From contig JAYUGC010000168.1 in assembly GCA_043767805.1 (NCBI GenBank), positions 1 to 51,631 of the forward strand: 51,631 bases of DNA, given 5' to 3'. The stretch is from Pseudomonadota bacterium. Its GTDB lineage: Bacteria > Bdellovibrionota > FAC87 > UBA2466. Below the pieces are notes generated by a model. The model was given only the letters and a program-made list of their open reading frames with translations. It was not told the origin of the DNA and ran no database searches. The position numbers and the translations under genes are program-made. Shown in pieces: positions 17,451 through 27,995 of the stretch. Position 1 is the first letter of the stretch; every line of letters starts with the position of its first letter.

Positions 17451-18575
17451 GTGGGCGTCATTTTTCAGTTTCCCTACCGGACGGTGGCAGAGATTTCTCT
17501 GACCCGGCTGCTCAAGAATCTCTACACCTTGCGCAATCTTTGCCGCCAGGAGGTGATTCCAGTCATCAAAGCGGATGCCTATGGGCATGGGATGGTGGCT
17601 ATCGCCCGGGCCTTGGTCAGCCGCGGCGGGGTCCAGATGGTCGCGGTCGCTACTTTAGAAGAGGCCATGGAGCTTCGTAAGCGCGCGCCCCATTCCATTC
17701 AGATATTGGTCCTCTCGGGGTTTTTGCCCCATCAGGCGGATGCCTACTACAAGTACCACCTCGTTCCGATGATCCATTCGCTGACCCATCTGAAGAGCCT
17801 CAAAGGGCGCGACAAGATGCCGGAGATCCACCTGAAGCTCGATACCGGCATGAACCGGCTCGGCATCAAGGTAGAGGAAGTCGACGACGCTATTCAGACT
17901 TTGGAAGGCATGAACGTGAAGCTCGCGGGGCTCGCGAGTCACTTCGCCGAAAGCGAATCGGCGCTCTCCGAGTTCACCGACAAGCAGATAGCGCTCTTCG
18001 ATCAGCTACGCGGGCGCTTTCAGCATGCGAAACTTTTGGCCACCGACGCGCGTTTGCACATGGCCAACTCCGGCGGCATTTTGCGGGGAAAAACTGGATC
18101 GACGAACGCGGTTCGCCCGGGGCTCGCTCTTTACGGTATTTCTCCGAATCCGAACCTTCCCCGATCGGAAGATCTTTTTCCGGTTCTCGAATGGAAAACG
18201 CGGGTCATCTCCGTGAAAAATTTGAGTGCCGGAGAATCGGTGGGCTACGGGCGCACCTATCAAGCGAACGGCGAAGAGCGGGTGGCTGTGGTTCCCATCG
18301 GTTATGCCGACGGGTATCCGCGGCTTCTCGGTAATCAGGGCGAAGTGCTCATCGATGGAAAGCGCACGTTGGTGCGTGGCCGTATCTCCATGGACATGAC
18401 GGCCGTCGACGTGAGCGGCTACTCAGGTCTCAAAGAAGGCGCGCTCGTGACGCTGATTGGCGGCGAAGGCGAGGGACGCATCACCGTCTGGGAAATCGCC
18501 AATTGGGCAAAGACGATTCCTTACGAAGTCTTGTGCGGCTTATCGACCCGCGTCTCCCGCGTCTATCTCGACTAG
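17451..18575 (+). CDS. alr: alanine racemase
   Basis: VIKADAYGHG, HLKLDTGMNRLG, HMANSGG, VRPGLALYG, IGYADGY, GRISMD. Confidence 0.97.
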   Translation: MGVIFQFPYRTVAEISLTRLLKNLYTLRNLCRQEVIPVIKADAYGHGMVAIARALVSRGGVQMVAVATLEEAMELRKRAPHSIQILVLSGFLPHQADAYYKYHLVPMIHSLTHLKSLKGRDKMPEIHLKLDTGMNRLGIKVEEVDDAIQTLEGMNVKLAGLASHFAESESALSEFTDKQIALFDQLRGRFQHAKLLATDARLHMANSGGILRGKTGSTNAVRPGLALYGISPNPNLPRSEDLFPVLEWKTRVISVKNLSAGESVGYGRTYQANGEERVAVVPIGYADGYPRLLGNQGEVLIDGKRTLVRGRISMDMTAVDVSGYSGLKEGALVTLIGGEGEGRITVWEIANWAKTIPYEVLCGLSTRVSRVYLD

Positions 18576-18583
18576 CCAAAAGG

Positions 18584-18991
18584 TTAGCCGAAGATGGCGT
18601 AGGCGGCGACCGCGGCGAGGACTATGCCCATGACGATATAAAACACAACCGACGACGGCGCCTTCGCGGCATTTTTGTGTTGAACGAAATCGGAGAACTC
18701 GAGAAGCGCGGTTCCGTCTTTTGGGCAAGGTCCCGGCGTTTCCTGAGAGTGCTCGCACTTGGGGCAAACGAAATCTTGATTGTGAAAGTCGGGAACAGGA
18801 AGGCCGAGGGAAAAACCAAGGCTTTCCAATTCAGGATTCGCCTTATCCAGCTCCATCTTCTCCAGGTCCTCGTCGGGGACGTCGACGAAAGCGTTTTTGT
18901 CTTCGACCACGAGCTCGTAACGAAGTTCGGCCTTGTTCAAGGCCGCTTCAATCTTAGTGAGATCATTTTTCGGGAAAGGTCCGAAACGCAT
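18584..18991 (-). CDS. hypothetical protein with a Cys motif and C-terminal membrane anchor
   Basis: FVCPKC...PGPCPKDG; hydrophobic C-terminus. Confidence 0.65.
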   Translation of the reverse strand: MRFGPFPKNDLTKIEAALNKAELRYELVVEDKNAFVDVPDEDLEKMELDKANPELESLGFSLGLPVPDFHNQDFVCPKCEHSQETPGPCPKDGTALLEFSDFVQHKNAAKAPSSVVFYIVMGIVLAAVAAYAIFG

Positions 18992-18994
18992 TTC

Positions 18995-20119
18995 CTAGCC
19001 CCCTTTTACCTTGGTGTATAGGCGGCCCCGGGGCTCGAGCAACATTTCTCTTAAATATTTCGCGATTAGATCGGCCGCGACCGTCGTTCCGATAGGTGAG
19101 AGGTGTGCGTGGTCTAAGAAAAGGTCCTCTCTCGTGCGCAGGAGGGGTCGGATTTTGCCGTCGAGATCGAAAGTGGGTATCCCTGATTGCGCGGCGGCGG
19201 TTTGGATCGCGGCATAGTCCAATCGACGGATATCCGCATGAGTGCGATTAGAGATGTAGGTGTTTTCTTTGTCGGGTAGCGGATCCAGTAGAAACCATCT
19301 TTTGGCGACTCCAGGTATCTGGGCCTCATCGAATGCTATCGGAGGGTTGAGGTTGACCACTCGCCGGGAAATCTTTTTGACCGCCTCAAAGAAACCTCGG
19401 GAAGAGGCAATTCCATGGCGTTTGCGTGCCTCCCTGGCTTCCAGAGATTCCGGGACGTCTGAAAATTTTACCAGGCCCTTGTTTCGAATCTCCCGATTAG
19501 AAGAGGCTCTAGGAGCGTATTGAGATTTCCAAAGAGCAGTATCACCCGCCGTTGCCGAGTTTTCCCATTTCTGAAGCCACGGGAAAAGGTTTTGTTTCAG
19601 AGCGAACAAGAGAAAGGACTCTCTGCTATTGGGGCGCCTTCCCCGGCCGTAAGAGAAAGCGGCGGGTCTGCGTTCTCCCTGGTTAGGGGGCCGCAACATG
19701 GAAATCACTAAATCGAAACGTCGTCCTCTAGAGGCTAGAAAATCCACGATCTCTGTTGCTTCGAGTGAGCATCCGCCATCGATCGAGTAGTTCTCGACAT
19801 GAGCGCCTAGAAGTTCTCCAAGTTTATAGCCCCAGCTTTGTTCGTGGGAGAGAAGTGTATCCAAAGCGTTGCTTCCGCCGAAAATAGCAATGGTCTGCTT
19901 ACCGCCGGGGTTGGGTGTTGCGCGCGCGCCGAAGCGGTTCGTGCGCCAATGTATCGTTGGGGCATCGGGAATTACTCCTCGGCGTATATCGTAGGAGTAA
20001 GGGGCGCGAACCGCATTCGGGGTCAAATACGAAAAGCACCGAGCCGCGGTTTCGAACACGACAAAGAAAAGGACGATAGGGCATAGAAAGCGTCTCAGAA
20101 AGGTCATACTAAAATACAT
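18995..20119 (-). CDS. SGNH/GDSL-fold protein (O-acyltransferase partner)
   Basis: TNRFGAR, IAIFGGS, FLDHAHLS (DxxH); overlaps the MBOAT gene. Confidence 0.7.
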   Translation of the reverse strand: MYFSMTFLRRFLCPIVLFFVVFETAARCFSYLTPNAVRAPYSYDIRRGVIPDAPTIHWRTNRFGARATPNPGGKQTIAIFGGSNALDTLLSHEQSWGYKLGELLGAHVENYSIDGGCSLEATEIVDFLASRGRRFDLVISMLRPPNQGERRPAAFSYGRGRRPNSRESFLLFALKQNLFPWLQKWENSATAGDTALWKSQYAPRASSNREIRNKGLVKFSDVPESLEAREARKRHGIASSRGFFEAVKKISRRVVNLNPPIAFDEAQIPGVAKRWFLLDPLPDKENTYISNRTHADIRRLDYAAIQTAAAQSGIPTFDLDGKIRPLLRTREDLFLDHAHLSPIGTTVAADLIAKYLREMLLEPRGRLYTKVKGG

Positions 20120-21467
20120 AGTAGATAAAATCCTTCCCCACTCCGTTTTGGAAGAAAAAAAGCGCGGCGAGGTAACTGGCCTGGAGAGATATTTGAATGG
20201 GCCAACGGGTTGCTATTTTTGCTCGAAGCGTGAAGAGGTCTAGCAATGCGCTAAGCGCGAGCAGCGGTGTCGAGAAGGCCAAGACGTCCCAAATTTCAGG
20301 AGTCCACTGCCAGTGGTTTACCAAGGTTTTAAGGCACCGGGAAAGGGTCTGCCAATCGGGACTCCGGAATATGAGCAAGCCGCCCAAAAAAAAGTGAAAG
20401 ACCAGGATCGGCTCGAATGCCTTGGGGGCGATTTTCATGAATTGCAAATAGGGGGAAGAGTTTTGAATAATTCTAAGGAGTATCAAGGCCCCTCCGAAAT
20501 AGAAGCCCATCAGCAGATAGTTCAGGCTATTCCCATGCCATGCGCCTGAAAAGGCGAATACGGTTACCTGTGCCAGAGCTTTGGGTACCTTCGTTTGCCT
20601 TAACAAAGGTAGATAGATGTAGTCTTTGAGCCAGGAGTGCAAAGTGCCGTGCCAATACCGCCAAAAAATCGAAAGACTCCGAGCTCGGAACGGGACCGCA
20701 AAATTCTCAGACATGCGAAACCCTAACAAGCGCCCCGAGCCCACCGCGATATCACAATAGCCCGCAAAGTCGTTGTAGATCTGAAACGCAAATAGGGCGG
20801 TCGAAAGATACAAGAGCCAAGAACTCTGGCTATTAACGTACGTACTCCGACTCACGGAGGCGAGTCCGTCGGCAATGACGAGTTTGCGAACCAGTCCTTG
20901 AAGGATGCGCGCTACTCCCTCCGAGACATCCTTGGCGCTCACGTCGGGAAGGCGATCTAATTGACTTCCAAAATCTCGGGCTCGCTCGATCGGGCCTGCC
21001 ACTAGCTGGGGAAATGCGGCGATGAAGAGCGCGAATTTTGAAAGGCCGATCCGCGAAGGAATCGTCCCCTTGTAAACATCGATGAGATAACCACTTGCCT
21101 GAAAAGTAAAAAAACTGATGCCGATGGGAATGTATACCTTCGTTCCGAATAGCGCGTTCTGTTCCACGCTTTGAAAGAAGTGTTTAGAAAAGTCGGGCAC
21201 ATACTTGAATAAGCCCAACATTAAAAAGTTGACGGCTAAGACCAAGAAAAACAGGTAGGGGCGCCGCCCTTCTTGGACATATATTCCGGTGGCGTAGTTC
21301 AATAAAATGCTGAATACGAGGATGGGGACGGAGTTCAAGGAGAGAGAACCGAAGTACACGAAACTCACCACGAGGAGAAAGGGGACTCGCCTGTGAAAAG
21401 GAATGACTCGGGTGGTCAGTGCTACGACGGCCAGGAAGACCAGGTATTCAGGAGAATCAAAACGCAT
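20109..21467 (-). CDS. MBOAT family O-acyltransferase (AlgI/DltB-like)
   Basis: PIGISFFTFQ, FPQLVAGPIER, QIYNDFAGY, FWRYWH, SGAWHG, DFIYYVF. Confidence 0.92.
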   Translation of the reverse strand: MRFDSPEYLVFLAVVALTTRVIPFHRRVPFLLVVSFVYFGSLSLNSVPILVFSILLNYATGIYVQEGRRPYLFFLVLAVNFLMLGLFKYVPDFSKHFFQSVEQNALFGTKVYIPIGISFFTFQASGYLIDVYKGTIPSRIGLSKFALFIAAFPQLVAGPIERARDFGSQLDRLPDVSAKDVSEGVARILQGLVRKLVIADGLASVSRSTYVNSQSSWLLYLSTALFAFQIYNDFAGYCDIAVGSGRLLGFRMSENFAVPFRARSLSIFWRYWHGTLHSWLKDYIYLPLLRQTKVPKALAQVTVFAFSGAWHGNSLNYLLMGFYFGGALILLRIIQNSSPYLQFMKIAPKAFEPILVFHFFLGGLLIFRSPDWQTLSRCLKTLVNHWQWTPEIWDVLAFSTPLLALSALLDLFTLRAKIATRWPIQISLQASYLAALFFFQNGVGKDFIYYVF

Positions 21468-21543
21468 TCGGCGAAAGAAATACTACCATAGGCGGATCTT
21501 GGCGGGCGGGGGCCGGAAGAGGATTTGATATCATCTAGTCCGC

Positions 21544-22702
21544 ATGACGAAGTTGCAGTCCAGCTTGATGATCGATCGCGTGGCCTGGGATGTTCAGGGC
21601 GCCGTCGCTTTTCTCCTGATAGGACGACACAGCGGCGTTTCGCAGGCGGGAATCTGGGCCTTGGGGCTATTTCTGGCTCGGTTTCCCACAAGCCTTTTTC
21701 ACAGCAACTATTTGCACAATGGGCTCGCGCGGGGGCGAAAGGCGAGCTCCCTTTTCCGAGGCTACCTATTTTTTGCTCGGCTACGGTTTGGCGGGAGCGG
21801 TTGCTGCGGGTCTGGGCTACTGGGCTTTCTGCGTCGCGTTTTTCTGTTCTGCCCAAACCATCTGGCATGATTGTTTTGTCGCCTCCGAGGAGAAAGAAGG
21901 CGATGGCCGGGCCCTGATTTGGGCGAGCGGTTCATCCTTCGTGGCTTTTCTCGGGCTTGTTCTCTTGTTTCCCTTGGGAACCACATCCGGCTTCTTGCGC
22001 CTCGGCTGTGCGCTGGGCTTTTCTCGTGCGTTAGCGGACTTCTACCTCGCCCGGCGCGCCAAATTTCGAAAGGCGTGTTTCCGACCCGCCTGGCCCACCT
22101 GCTGGGCGGAGATGCGTCGATTCGTGGCCTATGCTAACGAGGCTCTTCTCATCCAAGGGTTTTTTCTTTGGGTTGCGTGCAGGCAAGGTACGGGAGCGCT
22201 CGGCGCCGTTGCGCTGGTGCTTTCTCTTTTTCGTCCACTGGAGGTTTTGGTTCAGGGAGATGCTCGGTATCTCTTGGGGCGGTGGAGCGACTCGCCTATG
22301 CACCCGTCTTATTGGTCGGACGCCAAGAGCGAAATCGCCTTTCGGATGAAGGGGCTCGCTCTGATTTGTGCAGCGGCCGTCCTTTTTGGCCGTCCTTTCG
22401 GCCAGTGGTTGTACCGGATCTCTTTTCAGCCGAAAGTGTTTGTTGTCGCTTCGGGCTACTTCCTTTCGGTTGCCGCAGTAATCTATCTTCGGAACCTCTC
22501 GCTCGCCTTTGGAAAGTTTCCGCCGCTCACTTGGCTAGTCCTGTTGGGCGGAGCGGCTAACGCTCTGCTGGGTGAATTTGTTGATGGTTCCGTGGAAATC
22601 GCGTTTATGGGGCAGACCGTGATTCTTATCGTCTTCGCCCTTTTTCTTTGGGCTGCGGCGCGCCAATTGCCCTTATTTACCGGGCAGACTCGCAGCCTCT
22701 AA
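21544..22702 (+). pseudogene. polysaccharide flippase-like membrane protein split by a frameshift
   Basis: Hydrophobic ORFs 21544-21870 and 21719-22702 join in frame if the T6 run at 21769-21774 were T5; the Wzx-like call rests on topology and context only. Confidence 0.45.
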
Positions 22703-22767
22703 ATTTTCCTCAGGTCTGATGAATTTGCCGTCTGACCTAAGGGTGACTTTGCTAGAATCTACCTCAG

Positions 22768-24774
22768 ATGGCCTTCACGCTCGAGCGCAAGTCCTTTCAC
22801 CGTATGTTGGCCTGCCTGCTTTTGGTTAATCTCTGGCTATTTATCCGTGTGATCTATCTGGCGCTAAGCATCCCCGAGCATCGGACTGTGTTCTGGGATC
22901 TGAACGTCTACTACATGGATGCGGCTCGCTTTTTTGTAGCCCCTACTTTGGAAAGCCTGCAACAAGTCAGCCGGCCTCTCTTTTCTCTGCCGGCGCTTCT
23001 TATTCTCAAGGTCTCAGGCGCAGCATTGACCTACCCAAGAGCCGTTGCGGTAAATGCCGCGTTCTACCATTGTCTTCTTCTGGGTGCGGTTGCTTTTTAT
23101 GCCCGCCAGGCGCGTGTGCACTGGAGTGAAGCGGGAGTAGCCCTTTCCTGCTTTTTGGCGTTGCCTCAAGTGAGTGATAACTCCATTCAGTTGTATGGAG
23201 ACGTGGCTTGCACGGCTTTGATCGTGCTCTTTGCGGCGCTGCTGCTCTGGGCGCGTCGAGGTGAATACCGAAGTCCCTGGCGGATAATTTGGGTAGGCAT
23301 CGTGTTGGCTTTTTCATTTCAGCTCAAGCCGTTTTTGACTCTAGTCTTCGGTTTGCTTCTCTTTGTCTTTTTGCTCCAGGCCGTAGTTAGTCCGCCCGAA
23401 CTGGGTTGGAAGAGGGGAGCGTTCGTATTTTGCCTTGGTCTCTTGGCCGTGGGAACAATGGGATTGCTGATCTATCCGCGCAACTTGCCCGTTTTAATGG
23501 CAGAGCTTCACTATAGCAACGAAGTCTTGAAATACTGGGCTTCGAAGGACGACATTTTTCATAGCTGGTTTTGGATTCCCTTTCTCATTCTAACCGAGTT
23601 CTGCATCCCCGTGTCTCTAGTGCTTTTCTATGGTCTCGCTGTTTCCTTCGTCGAGGCGGCGGGTTTTCAGTTCGATCGTTTTAAAAGACGAGGGCTCTTT
23701 CCCTGGCTGAAAGGATTTTTGGAACGAGAGGAATTTGCGCTCCCCATAGCGACATTGCTTATTGCTTTCGGGGCTAGTTTTTTCTTAAAGGCTAAAGGAG
23801 CCCGTACCTTTCTTTTCCTCCTTCTTCTTTTCCCCCTATTTGCGGCGAGCGCTACGAAGTGGACCGCCGAGCGAAGGGGGAGGACACGGCTTTGGCGCTT
23901 TGCCTGCCTATTCATCGTGGCATTCAATGGGATATCCCTGGTTTTCCAGCTCGTTCCGTTCCCGGAAATAGCGAGCCCGTTCATCGCCGAGGGACAGAGC
24001 CGGCAGGCCGGGCCGAGTCCCATTACCAATACCTACGAGCAAGCCGGCATTCCCGAATTGTACGCGCTCATTGAGGCTGACTGGAGGCGAGCGCCGTGGC
24101 CTTCAGAGCGGCCCACGATCTTTTTTCCTCATAGCAGCTATAGGTACAACGAGAGTGTGTTTAATTCCTTCGCCTGTCAGCGTCTTGAGATTCGAGGGTT
24201 CATGCCTCCGGATTGCGAAAGTCCCCCATTGGTGTCGTCGAGCGCGCTGTTTCGCTTGGGAGGCTATGGGAAATCGGGAGGAATTCCGAAGGAGTTTTTC
24301 GCGGCTGACTATATGGTCGTTGTGAAGGGTCAGGAAATAGGCCACCTCAGAGGGACAACGGAGTTCTATAATCGGCTCTTTTCGAACCGGATTTTGCTAG
24401 AGAATCCCGTGTTTATGGAGGGGCTGATCAAGATTGCGGAGTTTAAGAATGTTCTAGGACATGAGATTCGTCTTTACCGCAGGGATGAGCCAGTACCTCT
24501 TGCAAACTTCGCCCGAATGGTCGGGCGCATCGCTTCCCAGGATTCGGAAAATCTATGGAATATTCCTCTGGTGGCTTCAGCACTGCGCGCGGATCCCACC
24601 TCGGAAGAACTTCGAAAGGTTTGGCAGGGGCTCATCGATCCAGTGAACTGGGCAAGTAAGACTTACCGGCTCGGAACGCCAGAGCACGAGGCGAGACTGA
24701 AAAACCTCGTAGCTTTAGATGTCCATGACCCCGCTCTTATCGAGCTGGACTATCCGAAAGTACTTGTCTGGTAA
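22768..24774 (+). CDS. polytopic membrane protein, putative GT-C glycosyltransferase
   Basis: WD in the first periplasmic loop (VFWDLNVY), RPL, QLKP, about 11 TM segments plus a soluble C-terminal domain. Confidence 0.6.
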   Translation: MAFTLERKSFHRMLACLLLVNLWLFIRVIYLALSIPEHRTVFWDLNVYYMDAARFFVAPTLESLQQVSRPLFSLPALLILKVSGAALTYPRAVAVNAAFYHCLLLGAVAFYARQARVHWSEAGVALSCFLALPQVSDNSIQLYGDVACTALIVLFAALLLWARRGEYRSPWRIIWVGIVLAFSFQLKPFLTLVFGLLLFVFLLQAVVSPPELGWKRGAFVFCLGLLAVGTMGLLIYPRNLPVLMAELHYSNEVLKYWASKDDIFHSWFWIPFLILTEFCIPVSLVLFYGLAVSFVEAAGFQFDRFKRRGLFPWLKGFLEREEFALPIATLLIAFGASFFLKAKGARTFLFLLLLFPLFAASATKWTAERRGRTRLWRFACLFIVAFNGISLVFQLVPFPEIASPFIAEGQSRQAGPSPITNTYEQAGIPELYALIEADWRRAPWPSERPTIFFPHSSYRYNESVFNSFACQRLEIRGFMPPDCESPPLVSSSALFRLGGYGKSGGIPKEFFAADYMVVVKGQEIGHLRGTTEFYNRLFSNRILLENPVFMEGLIKIAEFKNVLGHEIRLYRRDEPVPLANFARMVGRIASQDSENLWNIPLVASALRADPTSEELRKVWQGLIDPVNWASKTYRLGTPEHEARLKNLVALDVHDPALIELDYPKVLVW

Positions 24775-26736
24775 GTGGGAGCCAACCTGCTAGAATTCAA
24801 GCCCGTGGACCCTACTGTTTCCGTCATTTTGCCGACTTTCAACAGACTTTCGACCTTGAAACGAGCGCTCGCCTCGGTCGCCAAACAGACTTTGCGCCCC
24901 GTCAAAGTTATCATCGTGGACGATGGTTCTACCGACGGTACTTGGGAGTGGTTGGAAAAGACGGAAACTCCCTTGATCCGGCTTCGTCTGCCTCGCTGCG
25001 GAGGAGCCGCTGCTGCCCGAAATCTGGCTCTCGCGGAGGTGAGTGGTGAGTACGTAGCTTTTCTCGACAGCGATGACGAATGGGATGCGGACTTTTTGGC
25101 GCTTTCGGTTGCCGCGCTTGAGTCGGAGCCTTCCGCCGTTTTGTCTTTTTGCGATCACTTTGAAGCGAGTCCCGGGAAAAGACTTCGCGCCGTCTTTACT
25201 CGCGCTCCGAAGCGCTATCGTTGGAGGGCGTGGCGCTCCGACATCCGATCCCTGTCCTTAGTCGTGGCTCGCAATGAGCGGCTTCCCGCTTTTGATGTCT
25301 CCTACGAAGTCATGCACGACCGGGTCTGGTATGAGGCGCTTGCGCGCCACGGAAAAATAGTGCCCGTTTCGCGCTATCTTGCGGTGCGACACCTCAGCGC
25401 GGACGGACTAACTCGGCGGCTGAGGCAGTGGGCGGACGAGACTCGTCGCTTCTTTCGCGTGACGCGATTGGGTCCATTCACTCGTCAGCTCGGCGAAGCT
25501 CGTAACCTCGTCTCCGTTCTGTCGATGATCCGCCTCGCCGATCTCAAGCGTTCGTGGAGTTGGCGGGCGGTTTTTCGGCTCTTAGGTCTTTGTCCTCTGG
25601 GGGCGGGGCCCGCGCTTTTCGAAATGGCGCAAAGAGGAGTGGGAGCAAAGTTGAGGCAGTCGCTCTCGTGGCGTGCGGGCCAACGGGTCGTTCGCGCCAG
25701 TCTCAATAGATGGGGACGCCATCATTTAGTAAGCTCTCTTGTCTGGTACGTCACGGATGCCTGTAATGCGAGCTGCGATCATTGCTTTTTTGCCGACGAG
25801 CTCAATGGTGGAGTCAGAACTCTGCGCTGGATGGAGATGGCGGACGTGGCGAGAGAGCTTCCCTTCGGCTCCCACATTACTCTGACCGGCGGTGAGCCGC
25901 TGCTCAGGGCCGATCTGGAAAAGGCTTGTGAGGCCATTTGTGCGGTCTCGGGCGTCGCCTCGATGACGCTGGCGACCCATGGATTGTGGCCTGTGAAGGA
26001 AGTCGCCCGCGTTGAAACTCTGGTTCGAAACTGTCCGGTGAGCTGGCATGTTCAAGTCTCGCTCGACGGGGGAAGCCAGTACCACGACGGAGTCCGCGGA
26101 AAGGCCGGGGCCTTTGAGCAGTGTCTCGGCTTCGCTCGGGCTCTCAAAGAAACCAGCCGGAGATTCGGTCGGTTTGGGGTCGCCTTTCACGCTACGCTTC
26201 GCGCTACTAACCTGAATGAGTTGGACCAACTCGAATCGGTGAGCCGCGACTTGGGCGTGCCCTTGAAATTTTCTTTCTTTCGGAGCCGATTTACTCTGCA
26301 AGGGCTTCCCGCGGGAGCGCGAGGGACGGGACTCTCGGCCGAGCTGCCGTCGGATCACCTGAGTGAACAAGGCAGACAGTTGGCTATCGACCGAATCGAG
26401 CGAATGCCTGAGACGAGAGTGTCAGGCTTTCAAAAGCGAAAGCTTAGGCTTTCCGACAAAATATTGCGCACGGGCGCTCGGGTTTTGCCGTGCTATGCAG
26501 GCAGTTTAGAAGCGGTGGTTTACTCTGACGGGCAATTGTCCCTTTGTGAGAACACTCGCCCGGTGGGAAGTCTGAGACAACGAGAACTATCTCTTTCTCA
26601 GACGCTTCAGGGTGCCGACGCCGATCGGATGCGTTTCAGCACCCGCCGATGCTCCTGTTTGAACGGATGCAATCTCGTCACCTCTCTTAAGATGCACTCC
26701 TATTCAGGGTTGAGCTTGCCGGTAAATCTCTTGTAG
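24775..26736 (+). CDS. GT2 glycosyltransferase fused to a radical SAM/SPASM-twitch domain
   Basis: VSVILPTFNR, DDGSTDGT, FLDSDD; then CNASCDHC, TGGEP, VSLDG, PCYAG...LCE...CSCLNGC. Confidence 0.85.
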   Translation: MGANLLEFKPVDPTVSVILPTFNRLSTLKRALASVAKQTLRPVKVIIVDDGSTDGTWEWLEKTETPLIRLRLPRCGGAAAARNLALAEVSGEYVAFLDSDDEWDADFLALSVAALESEPSAVLSFCDHFEASPGKRLRAVFTRAPKRYRWRAWRSDIRSLSLVVARNERLPAFDVSYEVMHDRVWYEALARHGKIVPVSRYLAVRHLSADGLTRRLRQWADETRRFFRVTRLGPFTRQLGEARNLVSVLSMIRLADLKRSWSWRAVFRLLGLCPLGAGPALFEMAQRGVGAKLRQSLSWRAGQRVVRASLNRWGRHHLVSSLVWYVTDACNASCDHCFFADELNGGVRTLRWMEMADVARELPFGSHITLTGGEPLLRADLEKACEAICAVSGVASMTLATHGLWPVKEVARVETLVRNCPVSWHVQVSLDGGSQYHDGVRGKAGAFEQCLGFARALKETSRRFGRFGVAFHATLRATNLNELDQLESVSRDLGVPLKFSFFRSRFTLQGLPAGARGTGLSAELPSDHLSEQGRQLAIDRIERMPETRVSGFQKRKLRLSDKILRTGARVLPCYAGSLEAVVYSDGQLSLCENTRPVGSLRQRELSLSQTLQGADADRMRFSTRRCSCLNGCNLVTSLKMHSYSGLSLPVNLL

Positions 26737-27960
26737 TTGTCGGACTACCGACGACAAATCATGACGTTCACGTATTGCGTCGGAGGCTCGCCTTGGTGTG
26801 ACGCGGTCTTTCTCCGTGCGCAGGCCTCTGAGCAAGGCTTCCGCTAAGTCCTGCGGCTCGCAGCTTCGGGCGAGGAGAGAATTCGGATCTCCCGCCGTCA
26901 TTTCTTCAATTCCTGGATGCGCGTTAGTCACCACGAGTAGACCGCTGGCCAGGGCTTCCAAAATGGCGGTGGGCGTAATGTCCTCATCGCCGTTGGCGGA
27001 GCGGCGGGTGGGATGGAGGAGAAGATCGGATTGGCCTAGAATCTGAGCCGTCTCGTCGGGAGTTTTCCATCCTTCGAAATGAACTTTATCGCTGAGGCCA
27101 AGTCGCCTCGCCTGGCGCACGAGCGAGGATCTCAGAGGGCCATCGCCAACGATACGGTAGACAACGGGGACTTCGATTTCCTTGATGGCGAGCGCGAAAG
27201 CTTCCAAGGCTTCAGACAGCGCCTTTTTCTCAACTAGGCGGCAGGCAGAAACAATATTCAAAGAGTGGCTAGTTCGAAGTGAGGAGGCGCTGAGGCGAAC
27301 GATATCCACCGGCAGCGGTACGATTCGTACTTTGGCTTCAGCGCAGCCTAACTCAGTAAGGCGGTGCTTGGCCGAGAGGCAAGGAACGAGAAACACTTCT
27401 CCCTTTTCGAAGAGTTCTCGGTACACGTTGCGTCCACATAGGGTCGGGGTGCGATAGAGATCAAACCCGTAAAATGAAGTGATCACCGTCCCCTTGAAGT
27501 CGCCCCGTTCGCGCGCGCGAATGGCCTTCAGGCCCGTCGATCCAAAGTGGCAGTGAACCAGAGGAAACTGGTCCTTCAAGGCCGAAAAATTGTAGTCTGA
27601 TGCGATTAAGACGCGCTCTCTCAGCGTATCGGTCCAGCGCTGCTCCGATTTTGCAAACTCCGTGGGCCAGGAGGCGAGGCGAGGGAGGCGTCGCGGCAAA
27701 CGACGGCAAGACGCGGTGAGGGGACCCAACTCGGCGGGTAATGCGGGCTGTCGGGTCCGCGGGGTACCAAGAGAAAAGAGCGATAGACCGGGATAGGCTT
27801 CGGACAAACCCCTGAAGCTTCGCCAAATGAACGTTTCGGAAACGACCGGGAAACGGTGCAAGACGGCGGCAAGTTTGGGGGCCTCGCGCCGGGTTCCGTC
27901 CGGCGCCACCTCGGCTTTCGTGCCTGGAGCTTCATGATATAGTTCGGGCGTTCTGTACAT
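26704..27960 (-). CDS. GT4 glycosyltransferase (WcaL-like)
   Basis: FPVVSETFI, HCHFG, TSFYGFD, RLVEKK, GDGPLR, PTAILEALASG; start uncertain. Confidence 0.85.
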   Translation of the reverse strand: MYRTPELYHEAPGTKAEVAPDGTRREAPKLAAVLHRFPVVSETFIWRSFRGLSEAYPGLSLFSLGTPRTRQPALPAELGPLTASCRRLPRRLPRLASWPTEFAKSEQRWTDTLRERVLIASDYNFSALKDQFPLVHCHFGSTGLKAIRARERGDFKGTVITSFYGFDLYRTPTLCGRNVYRELFEKGEVFLVPCLSAKHRLTELGCAEAKVRIVPLPVDIVRLSASSLRTSHSLNIVSACRLVEKKALSEALEAFALAIKEIEVPVVYRIVGDGPLRSSLVRQARRLGLSDKVHFEGWKTPDETAQILGQSDLLLHPTRRSANGDEDITPTAILEALASGLLVVTNAHPGIEEMTAGDPNSLLARSCEPQDLAEALLRGLRTEKDRVTPRRASDAIRERHDLSSVVRQLQEIYRQAQP

Positions 27961-27995
27961 GATTAACGTAACTGACGATCGGAAGTCCCGGGCCG

